64,000 bases of DNA, taken from the NCBI GenBank assembly GCA_030577455.1, contig JALIAA010000092.1, forward strand, positions 807 through 64,806. Reading direction: 5' to 3'. Each line of letters starts with the position of its first letter. Within the stretch, counting starts at the first letter, position 1. Below, one piece after another: positions 21,286 to 29,442 of this stretch. This DNA is from Pirellulales bacterium (GTDB taxonomy: Bacteria > Planctomycetota > Planctomycetia > Pirellulales > UBA1268). Position numbers and translations under genes: made by a program. Under the pieces are notes generated by a model. It did not search any database. It was given only the letters and a program-made list of their open reading frames with translations, and was not told where the DNA came from.

Positions 21286-22668
21286 GTGGCAGTCCTTGAT
21301 CTCCCAAAACACGAGTCAATCAAACAGCGACAATCCGGCAGCCACATTTGCGGTAAAGCCTGGACCGCTCAACCCTACCTCCTGACAGGCGTCCTTGTTC
21401 TCTTCGCACTCTGGGCACCTTGTCTAACACCTGCCCAAGAAAACGCTCCGAAACAAGACGCCACCGTCACCCTTTCAAACGGAGACATTGTTCGTGGAAA
21501 ACTTGTACATCTAGATGATGAAAACGTCACTGTTTCCGACACGTCAAAAACTCCTGTTGAGACAAGCACGTTAAAGATACCTTCTGTCCGTAAAATAACT
21601 GTACCGGCACGCTCGACTAACGTGAACAAATTCATGATTGGGCTTATTGATGGTTCTTATGTAAGAGCAGATACCATTTCAACAGATGACTCAACGGCTT
21701 TTCTATCAATTGGAGACAGTGCGATTGAAGTACCGCGAGACACTGTCCACTGGATTGCTTTTCAAGAACCCCAGTCAAATTCACCAGACTCATACAAATG
21801 GCTTGAGGAACTCCCTGAAAACCCAGCAGCTGACATCGTTGCCATCAAGCGTGATACTGCGTGGCAATTCATTGAATGTGCAATCACTCAAATCACACCA
21901 GAAAATGTTGTAGTGCTTCTCGACGGTGAAAGTATTCCAGTCAAGCGAAGCAAAATCTTTGGCATTTGTTGGTTGCGACCCGGAGAAAAGCCAGGCAAAG
22001 ATATAGAGCCCAACCCGTCAGACATTCTATTACGCTCACCATTAGGTGAAATGAAGTGCCGTAAAATAACGTGGAATGATGACCTATATTGTTGGGAGAT
22101 AACGATGGCAGCAGTAGAAGATGACTTCGTTATTGCTCTCCCAGCAGACGCCCTATCATCGATCGATTACACCTTCGGACGACACATTGACCTTACCCGA
22201 AGGCCACCAGCAAACTCGAGAACTGACCCCTACTTCGGTGGACTTGCAGGCGATGCAACACTTTTACAGTACTTCGCACCAAGAAGCATCATGACACCCG
22301 ATGATGAGAATCAAGACTCATCAGTTCCGACACTACTTGTTCATCCTCGAACTGAAATAACATGGACTGTTCCTGACGACTCACGCCGTTTTCAGGCAAG
22401 TTTTTCACTAGCCAAGAATTCTGTCTCACCAACGGTAGTCATGGTTCAGATTGATAATTCTGAAGTTTTTCAAACCGTGCTCGGAAACTCAGAAGAAGGA
22501 GACATGAGCAATCAGCCTCTCTCTGTCGACATAGCTCTTGATGGCGGCAAACAACTAAAAATCATTGTTGACTTTTTAAAGAAACCTTTAGATGGCACAG
22601 ATGAAAAGAATGTAGCTTCTTTGCTCAGTGGCCCGATTCAAGTCAAGAATCCGAGAATCGAGCGGTAA
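21286..22668 (+). CDS. Secreted protein with C-terminal NPCBM-like beta-sandwich module (tentative)
   Basis: ORF track 21130..22668 overlaps the upstream gene and has no ATG after its stop. In-frame GTG 21286 (GGAAG upstream) gives signal peptide LLTGVLVLFALWAPCLTPAQE. C-terminal pattern LLVHPRTEITWTVPDDSRRFQASFSL...VVMVQIDNSEVF...LSVDIALDGGKQLKIIVDF resembles NPCBM-type modules. Start uncertain. Confidence 0.5.
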   Translation: MAVLDLPKHESIKQRQSGSHICGKAWTAQPYLLTGVLVLFALWAPCLTPAQENAPKQDATVTLSNGDIVRGKLVHLDDENVTVSDTSKTPVETSTLKIPSVRKITVPARSTNVNKFMIGLIDGSYVRADTISTDDSTAFLSIGDSAIEVPRDTVHWIAFQEPQSNSPDSYKWLEELPENPAADIVAIKRDTAWQFIECAITQITPENVVVLLDGESIPVKRSKIFGICWLRPGEKPGKDIEPNPSDILLRSPLGEMKCRKITWNDDLYCWEITMAAVEDDFVIALPADALSSIDYTFGRHIDLTRRPPANSRTDPYFGGLAGDATLLQYFAPRSIMTPDDENQDSSVPTLLVHPRTEITWTVPDDSRRFQASFSLAKNSVSPTVVMVQIDNSEVFQTVLGNSEEGDMSNQPLSVDIALDGGKQLKIIVDFLKKPLDGTDEKNVASLLSGPIQVKNPRIER

Positions 22669-22674
22669 ATCAAT

Positions 22675-24474
22675 ATGCGTACAACTCATAATCAAGCCAT
22701 TACTAAAAAAACAGACCGGTATATCGTCATCGTGATATTGATATCACTTCTGGCAACTACATGCCCAGTTGCATTTTCTGCCGGTAACAACGAAAAACTG
22801 CCAGACGTTCTTTCGGCTCAGCAAGAACGCATCCGCGTCATTGAAACCGCTGCAAAAACTTCGGTATCTATTTTTGCTGGCAGTTCCGGTGGAGGCTCTG
22901 GTGTTCTCATTAGCCCTGACGGATACGCCCTCACAAACTTTCACGTCGTCCAGCCAGCTGGAATTGCCATGCGATGTGGGCTCAACGATGGACAACTCTA
23001 CGAGGCCGTCCTCGTGGGCCTGGATCCGACGGGCGATCTTGCAGTCATAAAATTGATCGGAAAAGATGCCTTTCCATACGCTCCTATCGGTGACAGTGAC
23101 ACCGTTTCTGTCGGCGATGCCTGCTACACCATCGGCAATCCTTTTTTACTAGCAACCAACCTCCAGCCGTCCGTGAGTGCGGGCATTGTTTCGGGGGTCC
23201 ATCGCTATCAATTTCCGGCTGGCACTCTTCTCGAATACGCAGACTGTCTTCAGGTCGATGCCGCTATCAATCCAGGTAATTCCGGCGGAGGACTCTTTAA
23301 TGCACGTGGAGAACTGATTGGTATTAACGGCCGTGCTTCATTTGAAAAACGCGGCAGAATTAACGTCGGGGCAGGCTATGCCATTTCTTCCAATCAGGTT
23401 CACAATTTCTTAGGGATACTTAAAAGTGGCCATCTCGCAGACCATGCAACCCTTGGGGCAACCGTTGCGACAAGTGCTGATGGACGAGTTGTTGTCTCCG
23501 ATATCCTTGAATCTTCAGATACATGGCGAAAAGGACTGCGAATCGATGACGAGATCATTGAATTGGCGGGAAGAAGTGTCCGTAGCGTCAATGCCTTCAA
23601 AAACATTCTTGGGACACTACCATCTGGCTGGCGAATTCCTGTAGTCTTCCGAAGGGCTGGAAGACCGAGTGAAATATTTGTTGAGCTAGCCGGAGTTCAC
23701 ACACCTGCAATGCTCAACGAACTCATGGCTGGACGCCGAGCACCCCCATCAGAAAACAAACCTGGCGACAGACCAAAACCCAAACCAAACCCACTGGCAC
23801 CTGATCCGAAAGACCTTCCCGAATCGATTCAAAAATTCTACGAACCTCGTTTTGGCTACGCCAACTTTTATTTCAACAGAATCGAACTTGAACGGGTCCG
23901 TGATACTCTCCGACGCAGAAAATCAGCGTCTGAAAAACAGGAAATATCATGGAGATACCAAGGACGGCTTGAGGCCGGCGGCTCCTTTGAGATTGAACTG
24001 GGCGACCAGTCGGCAACAATTTCTCTTCCAACCGGAACATCTCGTTGGGAGCAGGCTGCTGCCGACGCAGGTCTTTCTGCTGAAGCTGGGTTTGACTCAA
24101 GCCCTCCAGGATCAGGAGGCATGCTAGCAGCATTAACAATGTGGCGACGCCTTCTTATAAAAGGTGCGCAGGATATTGATGGACGCATCACCTATTGGGG
24201 GCAGCAGCCTCTTTATTCAACATCCACAAATCAGTTGGCTGATGTCCTTGAACTAACAACAAGCAGTTGTCGTTCTCGATTTTTTATTGATGAATTTGGA
24301 AATGTTTCGCACGTGACATTTTTTCTTGGAGCCTCCTCTACTTCATGCGACCTGCATTTCACTGGACTACGTAAACGCGGGCCATACTGGCAGCCAACGC
24401 ACCTGACTGTCGACTACGACGGCGACCGCTTTGCTACATTCCACTTCGAGAAGGGAGAGCAAAAAAACAAATGA
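22675..24474 (+). CDS. HtrA/DegP-like trypsin-fold serine protease with PDZ domain (catalytic triad intact)
   Basis: His in GYALTNFHVV, Asp in DPTGDLAVIKL, Ser in DAAINPGNSGGGLFN. PDZ-like region GATVATSADGRVVVSDILESSDTWRKGLRIDDEIIELAG. N-terminal TM/signal segment. Confidence 0.85.
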   Translation: MRTTHNQAITKKTDRYIVIVILISLLATTCPVAFSAGNNEKLPDVLSAQQERIRVIETAAKTSVSIFAGSSGGGSGVLISPDGYALTNFHVVQPAGIAMRCGLNDGQLYEAVLVGLDPTGDLAVIKLIGKDAFPYAPIGDSDTVSVGDACYTIGNPFLLATNLQPSVSAGIVSGVHRYQFPAGTLLEYADCLQVDAAINPGNSGGGLFNARGELIGINGRASFEKRGRINVGAGYAISSNQVHNFLGILKSGHLADHATLGATVATSADGRVVVSDILESSDTWRKGLRIDDEIIELAGRSVRSVNAFKNILGTLPSGWRIPVVFRRAGRPSEIFVELAGVHTPAMLNELMAGRRAPPSENKPGDRPKPKPNPLAPDPKDLPESIQKFYEPRFGYANFYFNRIELERVRDTLRRRKSASEKQEISWRYQGRLEAGGSFEIELGDQSATISLPTGTSRWEQAAADAGLSAEAGFDSSPPGSGGMLAALTMWRRLLIKGAQDIDGRITYWGQQPLYSTSTNQLADVLELTTSSCRSRFFIDEFGNVSHVTFFLGASSTSCDLHFTGLRKRGPYWQPTHLTVDYDGDRFATFHFEKGEQKNK

Positions 24475-25541
24475 CTTTAAGAACCTCACACCCCACTGCC
24501 ATATGCTCGAGAGTACTCCAAGTAGTCACAGTACTGGCTGTTCCTACGCTCGCACTCTGCGCGACTCGAGCGATGGGTGGTGACGTCACAGCAGTAAGTG
24601 TGGAGGCTGCAAGCCGTGTTGCGAAACTCTATGGAGCCGGTGGCATTCGTGGTCTGGAGTCATATCAAACAGGAATACTCGTCTCTCCATCGGGCCATAT
24701 CTTGACAGTACTGAGTACAGCGATCGACTCAGAAGTGATTGATTGTGTTCTTGATGATGGCCGCCGCTATACCGCGAGCCTCGTTGGCGCGGACCTGCGC
24801 CGAGAATTAGCAGTCTTAAAAATAGATGGCACGAATCTACCTTTTTTCAATCTTTCGGCGGACGCTCCTCGACAAGTTGTTGGAACCCGTGTGTTGGCTT
24901 TATCAAATCTTTTTGGGGTGGCCGTTGGTGACGAGCGGGTAAGCATTCAACAGGGCGTCATTGCGGCCCACGTACCGCTTCGAGCCCGCCGTGGGTCTCA
25001 CGAAGCTGCATATCGTGGAGACGTCTATATTCTGGATTGCACAACCAACAATCCGGGCTCTCCTGGTGGATGCCTCATTAACTGGCAGGGGAATTGCATT
25101 GGCATGCTTGGAAAGGAATTGCGATCTGCTGAAAATGCAACATGGTTGAGTTACGCAATTCCAACAAGCGAGCTGGCTCTAGGACTTGAAGCCATTCTCA
25201 GTGGAAGCAACAACGAATCACTTGCAGGCGAGAAAGAGGCTTCAGATTTTGACATCCGTTCACTTGGCCTGGAATTGGTTCCCGATTTACTCAATCTGAC
25301 ACCACCTTTTGTCGAGGCGATCATGCCAAACACGCAGGCTGCTGAAGCTGACTTGCAGGCTGATGATCTTATTGTCGCGGTTGGAAATCGCACCGTCACA
25401 TCACAGCGAGGCCTTCGCCAAGAACTCTCCTATCTTATTCCTGGTGACCTCATCCAACTGAATATCATACGTAATGGAAGAATCGTTCTGGTAGATTTGG
25501 GCGTCGTTCCCTCTCTCACTGAACCCAGAGGGAAAAGGTGA
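24471..25541 (+). CDS. HtrA-like trypsin-fold protein with PDZ domain; catalytic triad positions substituted (probable pseudoprotease)
   Basis: Aligns by eye with the upstream protease, but LTNFHVV becomes LTVLSTA (His to Ser), DPTGDLAVIKL becomes DLRRELAVLKI (Asp to Glu), and PGNSGGG becomes PGSPGGC (Ser position is Pro). ATGA start/stop overlap with the upstream gene. Confidence 0.75.
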   Translation: MTLRTSHPTAICSRVLQVVTVLAVPTLALCATRAMGGDVTAVSVEAASRVAKLYGAGGIRGLESYQTGILVSPSGHILTVLSTAIDSEVIDCVLDDGRRYTASLVGADLRRELAVLKIDGTNLPFFNLSADAPRQVVGTRVLALSNLFGVAVGDERVSIQQGVIAAHVPLRARRGSHEAAYRGDVYILDCTTNNPGSPGGCLINWQGNCIGMLGKELRSAENATWLSYAIPTSELALGLEAILSGSNNESLAGEKEASDFDIRSLGLELVPDLLNLTPPFVEAIMPNTQAAEADLQADDLIVAVGNRTVTSQRGLRQELSYLIPGDLIQLNIIRNGRIVLVDLGVVPSLTEPRGKR

Positions 25542-25544
25542 CAA

Positions 25545-27644
25545 ATGAATGGTGTCTTCCGACGAATTACTTCATATCAAGTAATGCTGGCCGTATGGCT
25601 TCTTTGTGCCGTGTCTGTGAATCCGTGCTACCCGGCTCAAGCCACACAACAGACACCAGCCGAAAGAGCCCTCGCCGAACAAACAGCTTTTCAAAACGCC
25701 CTGAATGGAATTGCTGATTCCGTTGTTCGAATAGAACCAAGTGGTTTATCTGCAGCCTCCCTACAAGGTGCGCGTGAAGGGACACCGACTGCAGGTCCAT
25801 CGAGTGGGCTTGTCGTTGGAGCCGATGGTTGGATTCTTACTACTGAATTTGCCGTTCCCTCTGATATTGAAGAAGTAGTCATCACGCTGCCACCAAAGAA
25901 GAAAACAACAGGAAACACAAAGCAGTCGCCTAAACGGCTTGTGGGACGAGTCGCTGGACGAGACCTCAATCGGCGTCTGGTTCTTCTCAAGTGTGATCCT
26001 GAAGAGCCACTCACTGAAGCTCAATTTGTTCCTCAAGAAAACGTACGGACAGGTGAATGGGCACTTGCTGTTGGCCGAGTATGGGATCTCTATGAGCCAA
26101 GCGTCGCGATAGGCATTGTTTCTGCGGTAGGCCGATGCTGGGGCAGAGCCATCCAAACCGATGCCGCAATATCGCCAGTGAATTACGGTGGGCCTTTGCT
26201 CAACATTGAGGGCAAGGTTTTTGGCATCATTGCACCACTTCCTGCAGAGACTGCGGGCATGTCTACGGGAACCGAGTTGTATGACTCGGGTGTCGGGTTC
26301 GCCATACCTATGCACGACATTTTTCCGCTCATTCCTCGACTCAAGAAAGGAGAAACACTCAAACCTGGGCTATTGGGAATTGGCTACTCGACAACGGACC
26401 CTATCAATGGACGCCCTCTTGTGGAAATAGTCCGAGCTGGCTCGCCAGCAGCCAAATCGGGCCTCAAAAGTGGTGATCTCATCACACAAATAAACGGTCA
26501 GTCGATACAACGCATTGCAGATGTACGACATGTACTCACACCGAAACTGGCAGGCGACGCCGTCGAAATCACCGTTCAACGTCCAGAGAGAAAAGCACCA
26601 CTGTCAATTCGTGCTGTCCTCACTGGCAAACTACCACCGTGGAAGCGGTCAATGCTTGGTATTGCTCCAGTGCGTCAGCCATCAAAGAGTAATGCAAAAA
26701 GCACAGAGGAGGGCGTCATTGTCAAGTGGACGTGGCCGAACAGTCCGGCAGAGAAAGCTGGTATTCAGCCTCAAGACGTGATCACTGGCGCCGCAATAGT
26801 TTCACAGACCAATGAAGAGGATCTTCCTCTGCGATCAATCACATCATCAAACGAATTAGCCGGCCTCCTTGGTGGACTCACAACCAATACTGATGTCGTC
26901 CTCAAGATTCGCAACTCTAAAACATCCCGTAAGGTCCGAGTCACAACCGCATCTTTCCCAGAACAGCCTTCAAATGAGGTGCCTGAATTCGACTCAACCA
27001 ACAGGGTCACCCCACCACCTACAATCGTGAAGCTTGAAATCCCGGAGGTAGCGGAACCTTCGTGGGCATTGATTCCGGAACAGCAGGATGGCCCGCCGGC
27101 TGGAGTCCTTGTGTTTTTTGACGAGCCATCTGGAATGCTTTCGGAAAAAGCTGTGACCGCCTGGACTTCGAACTGGCGGGAGGCTGTTGCCCACTATCGC
27201 GTTGCTCTGGTTTTAGTACCATCTTCAGATTCCGGCAGTTGGCGGCAAGCAGATCTAGAGAGGGTCGGAAAGACAATCGGCGCATTGGCACAACGCTGCA
27301 AAATTGATCCAACCAGAATTGCCTTCGCTGGCTCAAAAGCAGGGGGGACGTTCGCTTGGCTGGGAGCAAATCGGTTCGACACGATAGCTCGTGGGGTCTG
27401 CTTAATCGATGCTGACATCCCTCGCCGAACACGTATCCGCGAAGCCTCTCCAGATCGTTTCCGTTGGGTACTTTTTGGCACTACAACCATGGAAAAAAAT
27501 AAGGAGGAAGGAAACCAGCAGTTTCAAAAAACCATGAAACGGCTCCGTGAAGCTGGTCTCCCTGTCGGCGAACTATCGTTAGGAAATGAAACGGAAAGAG
27601 CATCTAAACTCTGCCAATGGGTCGAATCACTCGGAGTGCTTTAG
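25545..27644 (+). CDS. HtrA-like trypsin-fold protein with two PDZ-like regions and a C-terminal alpha/beta-hydrolase-like region; all three catalytic triad positions replaced
   Basis: LTTEFAV in place of LTNFHVV (no His), RDLNRRLVLLK in place of DPTGDLAVIKL (no Asp), DAAISPVNYGGPLLN in place of DAAINPGNSGGGLFN (Ser to Tyr). PDZ-like SPAAKSGLKSGDLITQINGQSI and SPAEKAGIQPQDVITGA. C-terminal IAFAGSKAGGTFAW resembles an esterase nucleophile elbow, but with the Ser shifted. Confidence 0.75.
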   Translation: MNGVFRRITSYQVMLAVWLLCAVSVNPCYPAQATQQTPAERALAEQTAFQNALNGIADSVVRIEPSGLSAASLQGAREGTPTAGPSSGLVVGADGWILTTEFAVPSDIEEVVITLPPKKKTTGNTKQSPKRLVGRVAGRDLNRRLVLLKCDPEEPLTEAQFVPQENVRTGEWALAVGRVWDLYEPSVAIGIVSAVGRCWGRAIQTDAAISPVNYGGPLLNIEGKVFGIIAPLPAETAGMSTGTELYDSGVGFAIPMHDIFPLIPRLKKGETLKPGLLGIGYSTTDPINGRPLVEIVRAGSPAAKSGLKSGDLITQINGQSIQRIADVRHVLTPKLAGDAVEITVQRPERKAPLSIRAVLTGKLPPWKRSMLGIAPVRQPSKSNAKSTEEGVIVKWTWPNSPAEKAGIQPQDVITGAAIVSQTNEEDLPLRSITSSNELAGLLGGLTTNTDVVLKIRNSKTSRKVRVTTASFPEQPSNEVPEFDSTNRVTPPPTIVKLEIPEVAEPSWALIPEQQDGPPAGVLVFFDEPSGMLSEKAVTAWTSNWREAVAHYRVALVLVPSSDSGSWRQADLERVGKTIGALAQRCKIDPTRIAFAGSKAGGTFAWLGANRFDTIARGVCLIDADIPRRTRIREASPDRFRWVLFGTTTMEKNKEEGNQQFQKTMKRLREAGLPVGELSLGNETERASKLCQWVESLGVL

Positions 27645-29014
27645 AACCTGTCATCAGCGAATGTGGGCCTTAGGGCTGTCTTCGACACTTTGTTCCAATA
27701 CCTCGAAAATCTACCGAGATCTTTTACTTTACTGGCGTCACAAAAAGATGGCCAATCAAGAGAAACAACTGGCGTTGCATCGGACAGCCTGTCGACAACG
27801 TGACGCACGGCGGGACAGGATGTGTTCGCCATACTGATAGCGTTCACCTTATGCGCGCGAGCTCTCTCCTCCAAAACCATAGCAGTATCTCCAAACCATA
27901 TTTCCACTTCTGGAAGATCTGCCAAACACTCACAAATGAACGCTATGCGTTTATAGGAGGGAAGCTCATCAGATAGCCAGTGCTGGTCAAATACAAAAAT
28001 TGCCGGCGACTCTGGAAAGCGAAGTTTGGCGGGAGAGCAAGCAGAAAGTGAATCAAGAGTCATCCATACAAGCGATTCATCAGGGATATCCGAAGAGTCC
28101 CATGACACTACTGGCGGTATCGTCAGCCTGACTTCTCGCTCATCAGAACCATTCATGAACAACTTTTCATTAAGCTGTTCGTAAGTTCCCTCAAAATCAC
28201 AATGCCCGAAAGCAGGGCACGTTTCACAATAAATTCCAGCGGTAAAACGCTCTAAATTCTCACGGTTAAAAATATATGGCTTGCTAGAGAACGTTCCCGC
28301 AACCCACTGCCATGAAAAATTATTACTGGCGGGATCCGCGTCGAGAAGATGCTGAAGAAACCAGGCAGCTCCCACCCTCCAAGTCACTTTGCGAGTATGA
28401 ACAAGCCAGGACGCAAGCCACATTCGTTCATGATTGTGAAGCCAACCATCGTGTATAAGTTTTTTACAAAAAGCATCGATACAGTCCAAGCCAGTTTCCC
28501 CGCGAGCAACCGTATCGGGAAGGTAGTCAATGACTTGTCCTCTATGCCTAGCGGCGGGAGTTTCAAAATCATGCCAGACTCCTTCAGGGCGAGCTGCACG
28601 AACCCGCTGCCAATAATCTCGCCATCCCAATTCGGCAATAAGTTTTTCGGCTTGCGATACTTGCTGTACTTTCGAAAGAGCTTCATCACGAACCTCTGTA
28701 AGAGCCAACACTCCGTGACGAAGCCACGGAGACAATTTTGTAACATCGCCTGAAACAAAATTCCTGGTGCGACCATACCGAGCTGGTTCGATCTTCTGAA
28801 GTTGTTCAATTGCTTTAAGTCGTCCTCCACGAAATTGACTTCTGGAGAAGTTTTCCATTTCAACTGGCATCGGAGGCGGTAGCTCGTGCCCGGTTACGAG
28901 ATGGAACTCACGAGCAATTTGTGAATGCATCTCCTCAGAATCATTCCTGTAAGACTGCAGATTCTTCAAAACGGCACCTTTTTCATCTGCCCGAAATACA
29001 GGCACCAGGTGCAT
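27641..29014 (-). CDS. Photolyase/cryptochrome-superfamily protein with inverted domain order (FAD-binding helical domain first, alpha/beta domain last)
   Basis: Residues ~55-290 carry FAD-domain motifs: FRGGRLKAIEQL, TKLSPWLRHGVL, ELGWRDYW, ETGLDCIDAFCKKLIHDGWLHNHERMWLASWLV, DADPASNNFSWQWVAG. Residues ~315-425 (LVWMTLDSLSACSP...PAIFVFDQHWL...YKRIAFICECLADL...EIWFGDTAMVLEE...) match the pattern of the normally N-terminal photolyase alpha/beta domain. Confidence 0.8.
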   Translation of the reverse strand: MHLVPVFRADEKGAVLKNLQSYRNDSEEMHSQIAREFHLVTGHELPPPMPVEMENFSRSQFRGGRLKAIEQLQKIEPARYGRTRNFVSGDVTKLSPWLRHGVLALTEVRDEALSKVQQVSQAEKLIAELGWRDYWQRVRAARPEGVWHDFETPAARHRGQVIDYLPDTVARGETGLDCIDAFCKKLIHDGWLHNHERMWLASWLVHTRKVTWRVGAAWFLQHLLDADPASNNFSWQWVAGTFSSKPYIFNRENLERFTAGIYCETCPAFGHCDFEGTYEQLNEKLFMNGSDEREVRLTIPPVVSWDSSDIPDESLVWMTLDSLSACSPAKLRFPESPAIFVFDQHWLSDELPSYKRIAFICECLADLPEVEIWFGDTAMVLEERARAHKVNAISMANTSCPAVRHVVDRLSDATPVVSLDWPSFCDASKVKDLGRFSRYWNKVSKTALRPTFADDRF

Positions 29015-29385
29015 GAATACGGGGCTTCAGAGAAATCTTGACTAAGAAATGAGACGCATAGAGTGGAACGCATAAGCCGGAAACACAGGGACTTCCTAAT
29101 TCCCTGCCTCTCGCAGCATGTTCATGGAATGTCGGCACAGAACTTGCAACTACACATTTTACAGGTGTGAGTAAATCTGCCCATGAGAAATCCCTTGAGC
29201 GTGTAACCAACCATCCGGTCTTGATGCCCCAGTGAGCGATCACCTCCCATTTCCCGGCGAACATGACGTGTTTCGCTGATCCTTTTCGCGAGTGCAGCAG
29301 TAAAAACAGCAACAAAAGATCGATTTCTATCAGCCAAAAACACGTGAGCCAAGCATGCAGCTAAATATATAAACCCTCCATATAT

Positions 29386-29442
29386 GGATGCCCCAATGGC
29401 TTGGGTGAGCAGTCCGCCTAGCTCGCTCAGGTCGGGGCATCC
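29386..29442. repeat. Inverted repeat / stem-loop in the 500-nt gap upstream of the P-II gene; function unknown
   Basis: GGATGCCCC (29386-29394) pairs perfectly with GGGGCATCC (29434-29442) around a 39-nt interior with further GAGC/GCTC pairing. Followed by gtatgctttgttcg on the + strand. Confidence 0.5.

Noticed and set aside
21281-21385. ATG at 21281 opens a 34-codon ORF (MKWQSLISQNTSQSNSDNPAATFAVKPGPLNPTS) in a different frame from the long ORF 21130-22668. This suggested a frameshifted gene or pseudogene.
   Set aside because: An in-frame GTG at 21286 with a GGAAG upstream explains the gene without invoking a frameshift, and the long frame already contains a good signal peptide. A sequencing-level frameshift cannot be excluded without reads or orthologues.
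29122-29352. 76-aa minus-strand ORF with a Cys-rich tail (THTCKMCSCKFC) in the photolyase-glnB gap, and the overlapping 110-aa ORF 28983-29315.
   Set aside because: No start context, no recognisable family, and mutually overlapping frames. It cannot be supported as a gene from sequence alone, although the 500-nt gap remains unexplained.
29386-29442. Considered whether the stem-loop upstream of glnB is an SRP RNA, tRNA-like element, 6S RNA fragment or glutamine riboswitch.
   Set aside because: It lacks the conserved SRP helix-8 GGAA/AGCAGC elements, has no T-arm GTTCGAATC-like sequence or cloverleaf, and has no glnA-motif consensus. It is kept only as an unexplained inverted repeat.
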